Positions 41,693 through 54,738 of a stretch of DNA of 64,000 nt are shown here, in pieces. The stretch's first letter is position 1. Every line of letters begins with the position of its first letter. Where the stretch lies: positions 84,705-148,704 of the forward strand of contig CAVPYU010000001.1 of NCBI GenBank assembly GCA_963710065.1, written 5' to 3'. The position numbers were made by a program, and so were the translations under genes. The stretch comes from an uncultured Thermoleophilia bacterium. Lineage in GTDB: Bacteria; Actinomycetota; Thermoleophilia; Solirubrobacterales; CAVPYU01. The notes under the pieces were generated by a model that was given only the letters and a program-made list of their open reading frames with translations, searched no databases and was not told the DNA's origin.

Positions 41693-41813
41693 TTCCTTCT
41701 GCTTTTCCTGCCAAAAAAACTCTCTTTCAGGCAGCCCTTCTTTTTTTACTCCTTTTCGCGCTTAAGGCGGCGGCCTGTTGGCCCCGCCCTAAGTCTCGTA
41801 TCTTCCTTTTTAT

Positions 41814-41842
41814 GTTTTAAAAATCTACGGAGGTTTTGTCAA
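41814..41842 (-). promoter_or_regulatory. Candidate sigma70-type promoter for S10 operon
   Basis: TTGACA-17 nt-TAAAAC on minus strand. Confidence 0.4.
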
Positions 41843-41859
41843 CACCGTAAAGCTGGCAA

Positions 41860-43050
41860 CTACTCGATGATCTTTGTAACGACTCCTGAACCTACTGTTC
41901 GGCCGCCCTCGCGGATCGCGAACCTGACACCCTGGTCCAAGGCTATCGGCTGGATCAACTCCACCTCCACCTGTGTGTTGTCGCCCGGCATCACCATCTC
42001 CGTGCCTTCCTGCAACTTGACGTTGCCGGTCACATCTGTAGTTCGGAAGTAGAACTGTGGCCGGTATCCGTTGAAAAATGGTGTATGGCGGCCACCTTCA
42101 TCCTTCTTGAGGCAGTAGACCTCTGCGTCGAACTTAGTGTGCGGTGTTATCGACCCGGGCTTTGCAAGAACCTGTCCACGCTCAATATCTTCACGCTTTA
42201 CTCCACGTAGTAGACATCCTACGTTGTCACCCGCAAGGCCCTCATCAAGCAGTTTACGGAACATCTCAACGCCGGTGACAACAGTCTTCTCGACCTCAGG
42301 CTTGATACCCACGATCTCGACCTCTTCACCAACGATGACCTTGCCCTGCTCAATACGGCCCGTCGCCACTGTACCGCGTCCGGAGATCGAGAACACGTCC
42401 TCCACGGGCATCAGGAACGGTTTATCGAGTTCACGCTCCGGCTCCGGAATGTAAGAGTCGAGAGCGTCCGCCAATTCGAGAATTTTCTTTTTCTCCTCCT
42501 CGTCACCCTCAAGAGCCTTGAGAGCCGAGCCCGCTATGAACGGAATATCGTCTCCCGGGAACTCATACTCGCTCAGAAGCTCCCTGACCTCGACCTCTAC
42601 AAGCTCGAGTAGCTCGGGATCGTCTACCTGATCGGTCTTGTTCAGAAAAACAACTATGTACGGCACGCCGACCTGCCTGGACAGCAAAATGTGCTCGCGA
42701 GTCTGCGGCATTGCGCCATCCGCTGCTGAGACGACTAGGATCGAGCCATCCATCTGAGCAGCACCGGTGATCATGTTCTTCACATAGTCTGCGTGACCGG
42801 GACAGTCAACGTGAGCATAGTGTCGATTATCGGTCTCGTACTCTACGTGAGAAGTAGCGATTGTGATGCCACGTTCCTTCTCCTCGGGAGCATTGTCGAT
42901 ATCGTCGAAGCTCTTCACCTCGGTCGCGGAGTTCTTCTCGTTCAGCACACTCGTGATCGCCGCAGTCAACGTTGTCTTGCCGTGGTCAACATGGCCTATC
43001 GTGCCAACGTTTACGTGCGGTTTATCTCTTTCGAACTTCTGTTTCGACAA
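41860..43050 (-). CDS. tuf: Elongation factor Tu
   Basis: [20 protein letters not shown]; TTG start after AGGAG. Confidence 0.99.
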   Translation of the reverse strand: MSKQKFERDKPHVNVGTIGHVDHGKTTLTAAITSVLNEKNSATEVKSFDDIDNAPEEKERGITIATSHVEYETDNRHYAHVDCPGHADYVKNMITGAAQMDGSILVVSAADGAMPQTREHILLSRQVGVPYIVVFLNKTDQVDDPELLELVEVEVRELLSEYEFPGDDIPFIAGSALKALEGDEEEKKKILELADALDSYIPEPERELDKPFLMPVEDVFSISGRGTVATGRIEQGKVIVGEEVEIVGIKPEVEKTVVTGVEMFRKLLDEGLAGDNVGCLLRGVKREDIERGQVLAKPGSITPHTKFDAEVYCLKKDEGGRHTPFFNGYRPQFYFRTTDVTGNVKLQEGTEMVMPGDNTQVEVELIQPIALDQGVRFAIREGGRTVGSGVVTKIIE

Positions 43051-43150
43051 CTTCTATGCTCCTTTCAGTACCTGCACCCGCCAACCAAGGCGCGAACCAT
43101 GAGAATATACAGTGTTTTTGGTCCGTTTGGTGCCATTCACCCCACAAAAA

Positions 43151-45256
43151 TTATGACTTCGCTCCGACAGGCACACCGGCACGATGCTCGATGATATCGT
43201 CCGAGACGCTCTTTGGCACCTCGCTGTACCGCTCGAACTGCATCGTGTAAGTCGCTCTACCTTGCGTCTTTGAACGCAGATCTGTCGAGTATCCGAACAT
43301 CTCGTTTAGCGGAACTTTCGCGCTTATCACCTTCGCGTTGCCGCGATCATCCATATCCTCGACATGTCCACGGCGTGAATTTAAATCTCCTATCACATCG
43401 CCCATGTACTGCTCCGGAGTCACGACCTCGACTGCCATGACTGGCTCTAACAGACACGGCTTGCACCGCTTGACGGCAGCTTTAAGTGCCATCGAACCGG
43501 CAACCTTGAAGGCCGCTTCTGAAGAGTCGACGTCGTGGTGGGAACCGTCAACCAGCGTAACCCGGACATCGACGACCGGATATCCCGCCACCACACCGTT
43601 TTCAAGTGCCTCTTTAATCCCCTTCTTAACCGACGGAATGTACTCGATCGGGATGGCGCCACCTTTGATCTTGTTCTCCATATCGAAGCCAACTCCAGCC
43701 GCAGGCTCCAAGTCGATGTAGACATGCCCGTACTGCCCCCGTCCACCGGTCTGCCGCACAAACTTCCCTTCGACTTTCTGGACAGCATCCTGAATAGTCT
43801 CTCGATACGCAACCTCCGGTTTTCCGACATTGGCATCAACCTTGAACTCCCTAAGTAGCCTCTCGACGAGCACCTCGAGGTGCAACTCGCCCATCCCTGA
43901 AATGAGAGTCTGACCCGTCTCTTCGTCGGAGCGTATTTGGAACGTTGGATCCTCCTCCGCAAGTCTGTGTAAGCTGGTCCCGAGTTTTTCCTGGTCTACT
44001 TTCGTCTTGGGTTCGATTGAGATAGAAATGACTGGCTCGGGAAATGTCATCTGCTCCAGCACTATCGGGCTGTCCTTTGCGCAGAGCGTGTCACCCGTTG
44101 TCGTCTTTTTCAACCCAACTCCTGCAACGATATGGCCGGCTCTGATCTCATCCCGTTCTTCACGGCTGTTTGCATGCATCTCAAGAATTCGACCAACCCG
44201 TTCGGTGTTGCCCGTCGACGAGTTCAAAACTTGGTCGCCTGCCTCAAGCATGCCCGAGTAGACGCGGAAATAAGTCAGCTTGCCGACGTAAGGATCGGTC
44301 ATGACTTTGAAGGCGAGTGCGGAGAAAGGCGCCTTGGAGTCGCAGAGCCGCTCAGCCTCAACCTCCCTACCCTGCTTGTCCCTTTCGATCCCGACTACAG
44401 CGGGCACATCGAGCGGCGATGGAAGAAGGTCGATCACCGCATTTAGCAGAGGCTGAACTCCCTTGTTTTTGAAACTCGAACCACAGACTACTGGTGTAAC
44501 GTGTATGTCAAGCGTCGATTGGCGCAGTGCCTTTTTTATCCGGTCAGGTGATATCTCCTGATCGTGAAGGTATTTGTCGAGTAGTTCGTCGTCATATTCG
44601 GCACAAGCCTCTATCAACTCAGTGCGACGTTGGTGTGCAATCTCTGCCAGATCGTCGGGGATCTCCTTTTCCTCCCAGTTACTACCCAACTCATCGCTCC
44701 ATACAAGAGCCTTGTTTTCGATCAGATCAACAACTCCCTGAAGGTTCTCTTCACTGCCGATTGGAATCTGTATAGGTATCGGGTGAGCACCAAGACGTTC
44801 GACCATCGACTGCACGCACATATCGAAGTCGGCACCGACTCGATCCATTTTGTTCATATAGGCGATACGGGGAACTTTGTATTTGTCCGCCTGCCTCCAC
44901 ACCGTCTCAGACTGTGGCTCAACTCCTGCAACTGCATCGAAGACCGCGATCGCACCATCCAGGACTCTCAGGCTCCTCTCGACCTCGACTGTGAAGTCCA
45001 CATGGCCAGGTGTGTCGATTATGTTGATCATGTGATCGTTCCATTCGCACGCGGTGGCAGCAGAGGTGATCGTTATGCCACGCTCCTGTTCCTGCTCCAT
45101 CCAATCCATCACTGCAGCGCCCTCATGTACCTCGCCCATCTTGTAGGTGCGACCCGTGTAGTAGAGGATCCGTTCAGTCGTCGTCGTCTTCCCAGCGTCG
45201 ATGTGGGCCATAATGCCGATGTTACGAACTTTTTCTAACGGAAATTCTTCAGCCAT
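43151..45256 (-). CDS. fusA: Elongation factor G
   Basis: [30 protein letters not shown]; ATG 45256. Confidence 0.99.
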   Translation of the reverse strand: MAEEFPLEKVRNIGIMAHIDAGKTTTTERILYYTGRTYKMGEVHEGAAVMDWMEQEQERGITITSAATACEWNDHMINIIDTPGHVDFTVEVERSLRVLDGAIAVFDAVAGVEPQSETVWRQADKYKVPRIAYMNKMDRVGADFDMCVQSMVERLGAHPIPIQIPIGSEENLQGVVDLIENKALVWSDELGSNWEEKEIPDDLAEIAHQRRTELIEACAEYDDELLDKYLHDQEISPDRIKKALRQSTLDIHVTPVVCGSSFKNKGVQPLLNAVIDLLPSPLDVPAVVGIERDKQGREVEAERLCDSKAPFSALAFKVMTDPYVGKLTYFRVYSGMLEAGDQVLNSSTGNTERVGRILEMHANSREERDEIRAGHIVAGVGLKKTTTGDTLCAKDSPIVLEQMTFPEPVISISIEPKTKVDQEKLGTSLHRLAEEDPTFQIRSDEETGQTLISGMGELHLEVLVERLLREFKVDANVGKPEVAYRETIQDAVQKVEGKFVRQTGGRGQYGHVYIDLEPAAGVGFDMENKIKGGAIPIEYIPSVKKGIKEALENGVVAGYPVVDVRVTLVDGSHHDVDSSEAAFKVAGSMALKAAVKRCKPCLLEPVMAVEVVTPEQYMGDVIGDLNSRRGHVEDMDDRGNAKVISAKVPLNEMFGYSTDLRSKTQGRATYTMQFERYSEVPKSVSDDIIEHRAGVPVGAKS

Positions 45257-45299
45257 TTTCTCAATACCTTGTAAACGATTTTGCCTCAGTTTTGGGCAT

Positions 45300-45400
45300 A
45301 AAAAAAGCCCTCTCGGGCACATGCAAGACCTCTTGCGCCCTCCGATTACTTCGTGTATGTGCCCCAATCTTTCATAGGTAAGCCGCACACAGCGGCTCAA
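45300..45400 (-). promoter_or_regulatory. Candidate attenuator in rpsG-fusA spacer
   Basis: GCCC-GAGA-GGGC-T7 hairpin overlapped by GGGCACAT/ATGTGCCC alternative helix; 9-codon ORF 45346-45375. Confidence 0.45.
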
Positions 45401-45453
45401 TCAGTGATGGTAGCAGAGCTCACAATCGTCAAATGGACGCCAACAACGGCTTA

Positions 45454-45924
45454 TTACCAGCGATAGTGTGCGAACGCTTTGTTCGCTTGAGCCATGCGAA
45501 ACATGTCTTCTTTTTTCTTGAACGCCCCGCCCTGATGCTCAAACGCATCCAATATCTCACCTGCTAGCCGGTCGGACATCGAATGCTCTCGACGCTGGCG
45601 TGCAAACTGCACAAGCCAACGTACGGCCAGTGTTCGGCCACGGCGTGGAGCCACCTCGATCGGAACCTGGTAGGTTGCGCCTCCAACCCGACGTGAGCGA
45701 ACTTCCAGCCGCGGCGTAAGCTCTTCTACCGACTTCTTCAGGACCTTCATCGGCTCTTTTCCCGAGCGCTCACCGATTACGTCAAGTGCACGGTAGGTAA
45801 TCTGCTCCGCAACCGATTTCTTTCCGTCTCTTAGCACCCGGTTTATCAGTTGCTGGACCAGCATACTGTCGTAGGTGCTGTCATTCTCGATGGAGCGCTT
45901 AACTGCTCTGGTCCGTCGTGCCAA
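45454..45924 (-). CDS. rpsG: 30S ribosomal protein S7
   Basis: GKKS.A, RRVGGATYQVP, ANKAFAHYRW. Confidence 0.97.
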   Translation of the reverse strand: MARRTRAVKRSIENDSTYDSMLVQQLINRVLRDGKKSVAEQITYRALDVIGERSGKEPMKVLKKSVEELTPRLEVRSRRVGGATYQVPIEVAPRRGRTLAVRWLVQFARQRREHSMSDRLAGEILDAFEHQGGAFKKKEDMFRMAQANKAFAHYRW

Positions 45925-45935
45925 CTTCTACACCC

Positions 45936-46328
45936 TCACGCTTTAACGCCGTATACCGAGCGAGCCTGCTTGCGATCTATAACACCTGCTGTGTCGAGCG
46001 TTCCGCGCACGACTTTGTAACGTACACCAGGCAGATCCTTAACCCGTCCCCCTCTAATAAGAACTACAGAGTGCTCCTGGAGGTTGTGACCCTCACCTGG
46101 AATGTACGCAGTCACTTCCATGCCGTTGGTCAGACGGACACGCGCAATCTTGCGCAGTGCTGAGTTCGGCTTCTTTGGGGTTGTCGTGGCGACTCGTGTA
46201 CAGACACCTCTCCTCTGAGGTGCTGAAACAATTTGCTTTCCTGCTGTACCCGACTTCAATCCAGGGGTCGTCATCTTCTTCTTCGGCCGGACCCGACCCT
46301 TGCGAACTAGTTGATTAATAGTAGGCAT
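45936..46328 (-). CDS. rpsL: 30S ribosomal protein S12
   Basis: [34 protein letters not shown]. Confidence 0.98.
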   Translation of the reverse strand: MPTINQLVRKGRVRPKKKMTTPGLKSGTAGKQIVSAPQRRGVCTRVATTTPKKPNSALRKIARVRLTNGMEVTAYIPGEGHNLQEHSVVLIRGGRVKDLPGVRYKVVRGTLDTAGVIDRKQARSVYGVKA

Positions 46329-46377
46329 GACTAAGCGATGCTAGCAGCGCGTTTATCGGACGAGATTCGCCCGGCTG

Positions 46378-49300
46378 TCATGAAGCACCGCCATCTGAAA
46401 CCTCACCTATCGACTCGCTCAGACTTTCACCCGACTCGCCCCTCCCGTTGGTATCGGTAAGACCGAGCTCGGCAGCAAGCTCGTCCTGGTCGATCATGTC
46501 AATATCTTCAGCTGATGGTCTGGGGATATCCTCGGCTGGCTCGATTTCGATCGTGCGATAGTGACGTAGACCGGTCGCTGCTGGAATCAACTTACCGATG
46601 ATTACATTCTCCTTGAGTCCGGCGAGACTATCGGTCTTTCCCTCCAGCGCAGCGTCGGTGAGAACCTTGGTCGTCTCCTGGAACGAAGCCGCCGAGAGGA
46701 ACGAGTCCGTCGCAAGTGATGCTTTGGTTATTCCAAGAATGACCTCAGTAGAGGAGGCTTGCTTGCCTCCAGCTTCCTTTACTTCCTTGTTACGCAACTT
46801 CAACTCATGCCGATCGACAAGCTGCCCTGGGAGATACTCGGTATCGCCCCGCTGTTCGATCTTAACCTTCTTCAACATCTGCCGGATGATGACCTCAACG
46901 TGTTTGTCGTTTATATCCACACCCTGGGATTTGTATACCTTCTGTACCTCCTTGATCAGGTACTTCTCCGTCGGTGTGCGACCAACGATCTCGGTCATCT
47001 CACCTGGATGCAAAGCGCCATCCTGCAGCTGCTGGCCCGCCTCTACTGTCTGGCCGTTCTCAACGAGTAACAGCGTGCGAAGTGGGAACGTGTAACTCTT
47101 TTCTTTACCCTTGTCGCTCGTGATCATTACTTTCTTAGTCTTCTCTGATTCTTCAATCGAGATTTTGCCTGCAAATGCGGCTATTTTCGCCACACCTTTT
47201 GGCTTACGAGCTTCGAAGAGCTCCACAACACGCGGCAGGCCGTGGGTGATGTCAGCGCCGGCTACACCACCTGTATGGAAGGTACGCATCGTCAGCTGGG
47301 TACCGGGCTCGCCGATCGATTGCGCCGCGATAATTCCGACGGCATCACCCATTTCGCACACATCGCTGGTTGCAAGCGACATCCCGTAACAGCGTTGACA
47401 GATACCTGACTCCGCCTGACATTTAAGTGCTGAACGGACCGGTACCACAACACCCTTGCCGGTATCCAATCCCTCAATCAGCTCAGTCATCTTCTTTTTG
47501 GTGATCATCCCGTTTTTGGGCAGAATCGAACGGTCGCGCTTGGTCATGACCTTCTTGGCAACTGTCCGCCCAAGTAGGTTCTGGTTCGGCTCACCGCTCA
47601 GGTAGAGCGGTAGCTCAATAAACTCGCGGGTTTTACAGTCCTCTTCGCGAATGATCACATCCTGGGTCACATCGACCAGACGTCGAGTCAGATAGCCTGA
47701 GTCCGCTGTGCGTAACGCTGTGTCTGCGAGTCCTTTGCGGGCGCCGTGAGTAGAGACGAAATACTCAAGCACCGAGAGCCCCTCCATGAAGTTCGATTTA
47801 ATCGGCCGCTCGATTATCTCACCTTTTGGATTTGCCATAAGGCCCCGCATGCCGGCGAGTTGACGAATCTGCTTCGACGATCCCCGTGCGCCTGAGTTGG
47901 CCATCATGAATATGGAATTCAACTCATCCAGGTTCTTTTCCATGGCCTCGCCAACTTCGTCCGTGGCGTCACCCCATTTGTCAACGACTCTATCGTGCCT
48001 TTCCTCTTGGGTAATCAAGCCCATGTCATACTGGCCATGTATCTCCTTTACTTCGTCCTCGTATCTATCGAGAATCTCGGTCTTGTTTGGTGGAATCACG
48101 ACGTCGTTCTTTGAGACGGTTATTCCCGCCACGGTGGCAAAGTGAAAACCGACCTCCTTGTAAGCATCAAGTATCTCTGCAACCACTGGAGCACCATATT
48201 TATCTACGTTATCCGTGATCATCGCATTTACATCACGCTTGCTGAGAGTCCAATTGACGAACCTATAATCCTCGAGGTTGAACTTCTCACCCAACACGTC
48301 AGTTAGTGCTCGCTCGATCGCGTCATTAAAGAGGATTCGACCGATCGTGGTAAGTACGTGATCTCCTATCTTTCTCCTATACATCACCAGATCGTGCAGC
48401 TTCACTGCGTGAGTCTCGTATGCGAATTCAGCCTCCTGGGCAGTCCGTACGATGTGTGGCCGGGGTTTGATCTTGTCCGGATCCATCTCAAGAAGCTCTT
48501 GATCTGTTGGACCGTAAGTGAGGTAATAGATGCCGAGTACCATGTCCTGTGTCGGTGATGCAAGCGGGAATCCATTTGCCGGTGAAAGTATGTTGTTCGT
48601 GGAGAGCATCAATAGGCGTGCCTCCGCCTGAGCCTCGGCCGAGAGAGGAACGTGCACGGCCATCTGGTCACCGTCGAAGTCGGCGTTGAACGCATGGCAT
48701 ACCAACGGATGGATCTGGATCGCCTTGCCCTCCACTAGAAGGGGCTCAAATGCCTGGATGCCAAGTCTGTGTAGAGTGGGTGCACGATTCAAGAGCACAG
48801 GGTGTTCCTTGATCACCTCGTCCAACACGTCCCATACCTCTGGAAATTGTGAGTCGACCATCTTCTTGGCGGCTTTGATGTTCTGAACTGACTTACGCTC
48901 GACTAGACGCGCCATAATGAACGGCTTAAACAACTCCAACGCCATAGCTTTTGGCAAACCACACTGATTGAGCCTCAAGTGTGGACCTGCCACTATCACG
49001 GAACGCCCGGAGTAGTCCACGCGCTTACCAAGAAGGTTCTGTCGAAAACGGCCCTGTTTCCCCTTGAGCATATCCGACAAAGATTTCAGAGGTCTGTTGC
49101 CAGGCCCGGTCACCGGTCGACCACGGCGCCCGTTATCGAACAACGCATCCACTGCTTCCTGCAACATTCTCTTTTCGTTGTTGACGATTATCTCAGGTGC
49201 GCCCAGATCGAGTAGTCGCTTTAACCTGTTGTTACGGTTTATAACTCTTCTGTAGAGATCGTTCAGGTCGGATGTGGCAAAACGCCCACCATCGAGTTGA

Positions 49301-50376
49301 ACCATCGGCCTCAGCTCCGGCGGGATAACGGGAACCGCCTCGCAGATCATCCATTCTGGTTTGTTGTCTGATTGACGAAATGCCTCAGCAACCCTGAGCC
49401 GCTTGACGGCACGATTCTGCTTCTGACCCTTCGCTGTCTTGCTGATTTCTTCAAGTTCTACGGCGTCGGCGTCGAGATCGACCTGCTCTAAGAGATCGCG
49501 TACTGCCTCTGCGCCCATCCCGCCACGGAAGTACTCTCCTAGGCCGAATGATGATCCGAACCTATCTTTCAGTTCGCGAAAGACCGACTCATCGATTACC
49601 ACATCTTTTGGCTGCATCTCTTGGAATGTCTCCCACGCCTGTCTCAGACGCTCCGAAGAGTCTTCCATGAAGGCATCGGTGTCGGTCACTTCAGCGTCGA
49701 TGATCTTTTGCAGCGCTTTCTCAATTTTTTCGCGCTCATCTTTTTTGAGCTTCTTCACATTTACATCGATCGACTCGACCCATAGGAAGTCCTCGTCGCT
49801 GAAATTGGTTTGTTTTCCGCTTTTTAAGTACTCGAGTCTGCGTTCCAGGGACTCCGCCAGCTCCTGGTTTCTCTGCTCCTTCTCGGCCTTGTACTCGTCG
49901 AGGACCTTCTTAATCTCCTTCTCGAGCTTTGGCAGATCTTTTTTGCGCGCTTCTTCATCGACCCAGGTGATCATGCTCGCGGCAAAGTAGAGAACTTTCT
50001 CAAGTTCCTTCGGAGCAATGTCGAGTAGGTAGCCGATGCGGCTGGGGACACCTTTGAAGAACCAGATGTGTGAAACGGGAGCCGCCAGATCGATGTGGCC
50101 CATCCTCTCCCTACGTACTCGGGAGCGAGTGACTTCAACGCCGCAGCGTTCGCAGACTATTCCCTTGTACCGAACTCTCTTGTACTTGCCGCAGTAGCAC
50201 TCCCAATCCTTGGTCGGTCCGAAGATGCGCTCACAGAAAAGCCCGTCCTTTTCAGGTTTGAGCGTCCTGTAGTTGATGGTCTCCGGCTTGACAACTTCTC
50301 CAGATGACCACGATCGAATCTGCTTGCTGGATGCCAGCCCAATCGCAATTGCGTCAAAATTGTTAATGTCGATCAA
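46378..50376 (-). CDS. rpoC: RNA polymerase beta' subunit
   Basis: NADFDGD catalytic motif, Zn ribbon, actinobacterial-type N-terminal insertion. Confidence 0.99.
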   Translation of the reverse strand: MIDINNFDAIAIGLASSKQIRSWSSGEVVKPETINYRTLKPEKDGLFCERIFGPTKDWECYCGKYKRVRYKGIVCERCGVEVTRSRVRRERMGHIDLAAPVSHIWFFKGVPSRIGYLLDIAPKELEKVLYFAASMITWVDEEARKKDLPKLEKEIKKVLDEYKAEKEQRNQELAESLERRLEYLKSGKQTNFSDEDFLWVESIDVNVKKLKKDEREKIEKALQKIIDAEVTDTDAFMEDSSERLRQAWETFQEMQPKDVVIDESVFRELKDRFGSSFGLGEYFRGGMGAEAVRDLLEQVDLDADAVELEEISKTAKGQKQNRAVKRLRVAEAFRQSDNKPEWMICEAVPVIPPELRPMVQLDGGRFATSDLNDLYRRVINRNNRLKRLLDLGAPEIIVNNEKRMLQEAVDALFDNGRRGRPVTGPGNRPLKSLSDMLKGKQGRFRQNLLGKRVDYSGRSVIVAGPHLRLNQCGLPKAMALELFKPFIMARLVERKSVQNIKAAKKMVDSQFPEVWDVLDEVIKEHPVLLNRAPTLHRLGIQAFEPLLVEGKAIQIHPLVCHAFNADFDGDQMAVHVPLSAEAQAEARLLMLSTNNILSPANGFPLASPTQDMVLGIYYLTYGPTDQELLEMDPDKIKPRPHIVRTAQEAEFAYETHAVKLHDLVMYRRKIGDHVLTTIGRILFNDAIERALTDVLGEKFNLEDYRFVNWTLSKRDVNAMITDNVDKYGAPVVAEILDAYKEVGFHFATVAGITVSKNDVVIPPNKTEILDRYEDEVKEIHGQYDMGLITQEERHDRVVDKWGDATDEVGEAMEKNLDELNSIFMMANSGARGSSKQIRQLAGMRGLMANPKGEIIERPIKSNFMEGLSVLEYFVSTHGARKGLADTALRTADSGYLTRRLVDVTQDVIIREEDCKTREFIELPLYLSGEPNQNLLGRTVAKKVMTKRDRSILPKNGMITKKKMTELIEGLDTGKGVVVPVRSALKCQAESGICQRCYGMSLATSDVCEMGDAVGIIAAQSIGEPGTQLTMRTFHTGGVAGADITHGLPRVVELFEARKPKGVAKIAAFAGKISIEESEKTKKVMITSDKGKEKSYTFPLRTLLLVENGQTVEAGQQLQDGALHPGEMTEIVGRTPTEKYLIKEVQKVYKSQGVDINDKHVEVIIRQMLKKVKIEQRGDTEYLPGQLVDRHELKLRNKEVKEAGGKQASSTEVILGITKASLATDSFLSAASFQETTKVLTDAALEGKTDSLAGLKENVIIGKLIPAATGLRHYRTIEIEPAEDIPRPSAEDIDMIDQDELAAELGLTDTNGRGESGESLSESIGEVSDGGAS

Positions 50377-50390
50377 AAGTGCTCCTTACC

Positions 50391-53300
50391 TCAATCCTCG
50401 TCCTTTTTCTCGCTCTTGCTACTGGCCTCGCTCTTGCTTGAGCCTTTCTTCTTGTCTTTACCTGTCGATGACTTGCTCTTGCTCTTTGCTTTAGGTTTCT
50501 TTTCACCGCCGTCTGCCTCTACATACTTTTTCAGTTGTTCACCTGGTGACTCATCGACTATTCCGGCTTTCGAGCCTGGTCCGACCTCTTCATCACCGAC
50601 TTCTTCGTCCGACGTGACGTCCCCTGCGATCTCACCCGAGACTATTTCATCTTCCCGCTCATCTTGGGGTACGTCATTACCCTGCTTGCCGCTCTTCTTG
50701 CCGCCCTTTTTTCCGTCATCGCTGGTTGCACGAACGCCTGATAGATCTATACCGAGCTCCTCGGCTGCACGGAGAAGATCGTCTTCTTCTTCCTGGATCG
50801 TGATGTCTTCGCCCTCTTCGCTAACCACGTCAACGCTTAGACAAAGTGATTGCATCTCCTTGAGTAGAACCTTGAACGACTCAGGGATCGAAGGCTGAGG
50901 AATGTTCTCACCCTTCACTATCGCCTCGTACGCCTTTACCCTGCCCTGGGTGTCGTCTGACTTGATGGTCAGCATCTCTTGAAGCGTGTACGCGGCTCCG
51001 TACGCTTCTAACGCCCAAACCTCCATCTCGCCGAATCGCTGACCACCGAACTGCGCCTTACCACCGAGCGGCTGTTGTGTCACAAGCGAGTATGGGCCTG
51101 TCGAACGAGCGTGAATCTTGTCGTCTACCAGATGATGGAGTTTCAGAATGTATGCGTTGCCGACCGTCACCTTTTGATCGAACGGCTCGCCGGTGCGTCC
51201 GTTGTAGAGCATCACTTTGCCACTACACTGGTTTCCAAGCCGTTCCTTTTTATCGATATCGAACTTGACCTCTGAGTCCTGGTTCTCCTCCTGCCACTTG
51301 ACCAGAGCCTGGTCAACGTCTTCGACGGTGGCACCGTCGAAGACCGGGCAAGATATGTACACCTTGCCTGAGTTTTGTTGCCCCTCCTTGTATGCGTCGG
51401 AGCCATCGTTGTACCAACCGTGTGCGGCAACCCACCCCAGATGCGTTTCTAGAATCTGACCCAGATTCATGCGGCTGGGAACGCCCAGTGGATTCAGGAT
51501 TACGTCTATCGGTGTCCCGTCCTCTAGGAACGGCATGTCTTCCTCTGGCACGATCTTTGAGATCACACCCTTGTTCCCGTGGCGGCCTGCCAGTTTGTCA
51601 CCCTCGGAGATCTTTCTCTTGGTGGCCACGTAGACACGAACCAATTCATTCACGCCTGGCGCCAGATCATCTCCATCATCTCTCGAGAAGGTCTTGACGT
51701 CGATCACCACGCCACCTTCGCCGTGAGGAACTTTCAGTGACGTGTCGCGGACATCTCGTGCTTTCTCCTTGAAGATCGCTCGAATCAGCTTCTCCTCGGC
51801 TGTCAGCTCAGTTTCACCCTTGGGTGTGACTTTGCCTACAAGTACGTCGCCCGAGGCAACCTCTGCACCGATACGGACGATGCCGTGTTCATCCAGATTG
51901 CGAAGAGATTCTTCAGATCTGTTTGGAATGTCGCGTGTTATCTCCTCATCGCCAAGCTTGGTCGCCCGTGCATCGACTTCGTACTCCTCTATGTGGATCG
52001 ACGTTAGTTCTTCATCTTTTACAAGCCGATCCGAGATGATGATCGCATCCTCAAAGTTGAAGCCCTCCCATGACATGAACGCGACCAGTAGGTTTCGGCC
52101 GAGCGCAAGCTCGCCCATAGATGTGGAAGCACCGTCCGCTAAAACCTGGCCCTTTTTCACCACCTGACCAACTGTGACTACCGGCTTCTGGTGGATCATC
52201 GTACCTTGGTTAGAGCGCATGAACTTTAAAGGTGAGTATTCGTCCTTCTTTGTTGAACCTTTGCTCGGCTGGATCTCTACCTTTTCAGCGTCGACGTAGG
52301 TGACCTTCCCAGCGCGCTCTGCGCGCAAGAGGTCACCGCTATCCATCGCCGCACGCTCCTCAATACCGGTGCCGATCAGTGGCGCATCCGTCTTTAATAG
52401 CGGTACTGCTTGACGTTGCATGTTTGACCCCATCAGTGCACGGTTGGCGTCATCGTGCTCCAAGAAAGGAATTAATGATGTTGCAACAGACCATATCTGG
52501 GTCGGTGAGACATCCATCATCTCGACATTCTTCGGCGATACTGCGGTGACACCGTCTTGTGAGCGACACAGCACCTGCGGGCCTTTCAGCTTGTGCGTCT
52601 TTGGATCGATTTCCGCGTTTGCCTGAGCTATTATGCTGTCCTCTTCTTGTGTGGCATCCATCCAAACAATCTTCTTTGACACCTTGCCGTCCTTAACCAC
52701 TCTGTAGGGCGTTTGCACAAACCCGTGCTCCGAGACAGAGGCGAAAGATGAAAGTGACGCAATAAGACCGATGTTCGGACCCTCGGGAGTCTCGATCGGG
52801 CACATACGTCCGTAGTGGGTGGTATGAACATCGCGCACTTCTATCGGAGCGCGTTCACGTGTCAATCCCCCAGCACCGAGAGCTGAGAGCCTTCGTCGGT
52901 GAGTCAAGCCGGAGAGAGTATTGGTCTGATCCATGAACTGAGATAGCTGTGACGAGCCGAAGAACTCTTTGAGTGCCGCAACCACCGGCCGTATATTGAT
53001 GATTGTCTGCGGTGTAATGGTGTCCGCGTCCTCAGTCGTTAGGCGCTCTCGAACAACTCGCTCCATGCGATATAGACCAACTCGCAACGCCTCTTGAATT
53101 AGTTCTCCGACCGTACGTAATCGCCGATTTCCGAAATGCTCGTACTCGTCGAGATGGTCCTGGACAGGCTCCCTTGATAGGGACTGCGCCTCTGCCGCGT
53201 AGTCTTTGATTCCAGCGTCGGCATCTTCGGGAATGCCGAGTAGCTTCGGAAGTGACACCAGTTCTTTAACAAGGGCCACGATGTCTTTGTTTGTGAGAAC

Positions 53301-54165
53301 GCGCTTATCGAGACTCTCCTTGAGACCCAGCCTGGAGTTCAGCTTGTAGCGACCCACCCTGGTCAAGTCGTACCTCTTGGTATCGAAGAACAGAGCGTTG
53401 ACCAACGAGCGGGCACTGTCGAGTGAGGGCGGCTCACCTGGCCTCTGTTTCTTGAACAGCTCGATCAGAGCACCATCCTGGGTTTTGGTCTGCTCCGTGT
53501 CCGCTTCAATCGTGTTCTTTATGTATATGGAGTTGTCAAAGAGCTTGAGGATCTCCTCGTCGGTTTCGTAGCCGATAGAGCGAAGAAGCACGGTCACCGG
53601 CAGCTTTCGCTTGCGATCGATGCGAACGAAAACGCGGCCCTTCTTGTCGATCTCAAGCTCGAGCCACGACCCGCGAGATGGCATTAGATTCGCGATGAAC
53701 ACCTGTTTTTCCGCGTCCTTTGGCTCCATCACATATGCACCTGGTGAGCGCACCAGCTGAGTAACGACAACCCGCTCGGTTCCGTTTATCAGAAATGTGC
53801 CCCAGTCAGTCAGCCATGGGAAGTCGCCCATGAACACGGCTTGCTCCCTGATCTCCCCAGTATCTTTGTTGATAAAGCCAACCTTTACCGAAAGCGGCCG
53901 TGAGTAGGTCAGGTCCTTCTTCTCTGCACTCTTCAATCGAGTGGGTGGGCTCCTCAAACACGAAATCCCCGAACTGAACACAGAGATTTCCACTGTAGTC
54001 CTCTATTGGTGAAACATCGTTGATCGTCTCACGAATGCCACCCTCCTTGGGATTTACAAGCCATTCAAATGACTTGCGCTGAATATCCAGAAGGTTGGGT
54101 GGTTCAAGAACCTCTTCTAATCTAGAAAAATTCTTGCGTTGACGAAGGGCATCAACAGGTGCCAA
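50391..54165 (-). CDS. rpoB: RNA polymerase beta subunit, split by a 1-nt insertion near 53916-53925 (probable sequencing error)
   Basis: N-terminus [10 protein letters not shown] in ORF 53806-54165, remainder ([23 protein letters not shown]) in ORF 50391-53993. Confidence 0.95.
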
Positions 54166-54334
54166 GTTGGCAACTCCTCAAGGTCAAATTATTAACAAGA
54201 TACTAGGCCAGGCATCTTTAGACGCGCAACCTTTTAGTGTAACAAAGATCTTTTACTGTTTCTACACATATATTCCTCGGCCTCGGGCACACAGTGTAGA
54301 TTGCCTGCTCAGCCGATGTTTTGTGCCTTAGATC

Positions 54335-54724
54335 CTACTTTAGCTCCACCGAACCGCCGGCCTCTTCAAGCTCTGACTTCAGCTTTTTGGCCTCTTCGAT
54401 ATCGAGATCCTCCTTGACCGCCTCTGGCGCCGCGTCGACAAGAGCCTTCGCCTCCTTCAGGCCTAGACCTGTTACCGAACGAACGACCTTGATAACTTGG
54501 ATTTTCTTGTCACCTGCTGCAGTCAGCACAACATCGGCCGTACTTTTTTCTTCCTCTCCGCCCGCTTCTGCACCTACTGCAGCAGCCGCGGGTGCGGCAA
54601 CTGCCGCAGCAGAGACGCCGAACTTATCCTCAAGTGCTTTGACCCGCTCGGCCAATTCAAGCACTGAGATATTCTCGAGCTCCTCCACCCATTCGTCGGT
54701 TGATAATGCTTTTTTTGCTGCCAT
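54335..54724 (-). CDS. rplL: 50S ribosomal protein L7/L12
   Basis: [23 protein letters not shown]. Confidence 0.97.
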   Translation of the reverse strand: MAAKKALSTDEWVEELENISVLELAERVKALEDKFGVSAAAVAAPAAAAVGAEAGGEEEKSTADVVLTAAGDKKIQVIKVVRSVTGLGLKEAKALVDAAPEAVKEDLDIEEAKKLKSELEEAGGSVELK

Positions 54725-54738
54725 TCTGCTAGTCCTCC

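Noticed and set aside
43151-45400. N-terminally extended ORF-track versions of fusA (also rpsS, rpmJ, arsM, GH2, the 2733 ORF)
   Set aside because: Conserved N-termini and SD or -10 signals point to downstream starts.
52900-52960. RpoB rifampicin-region differences ([19 protein letters not shown])
   Set aside because: Key Q, D, H, R and S contacts are retained; likely lineage variation.
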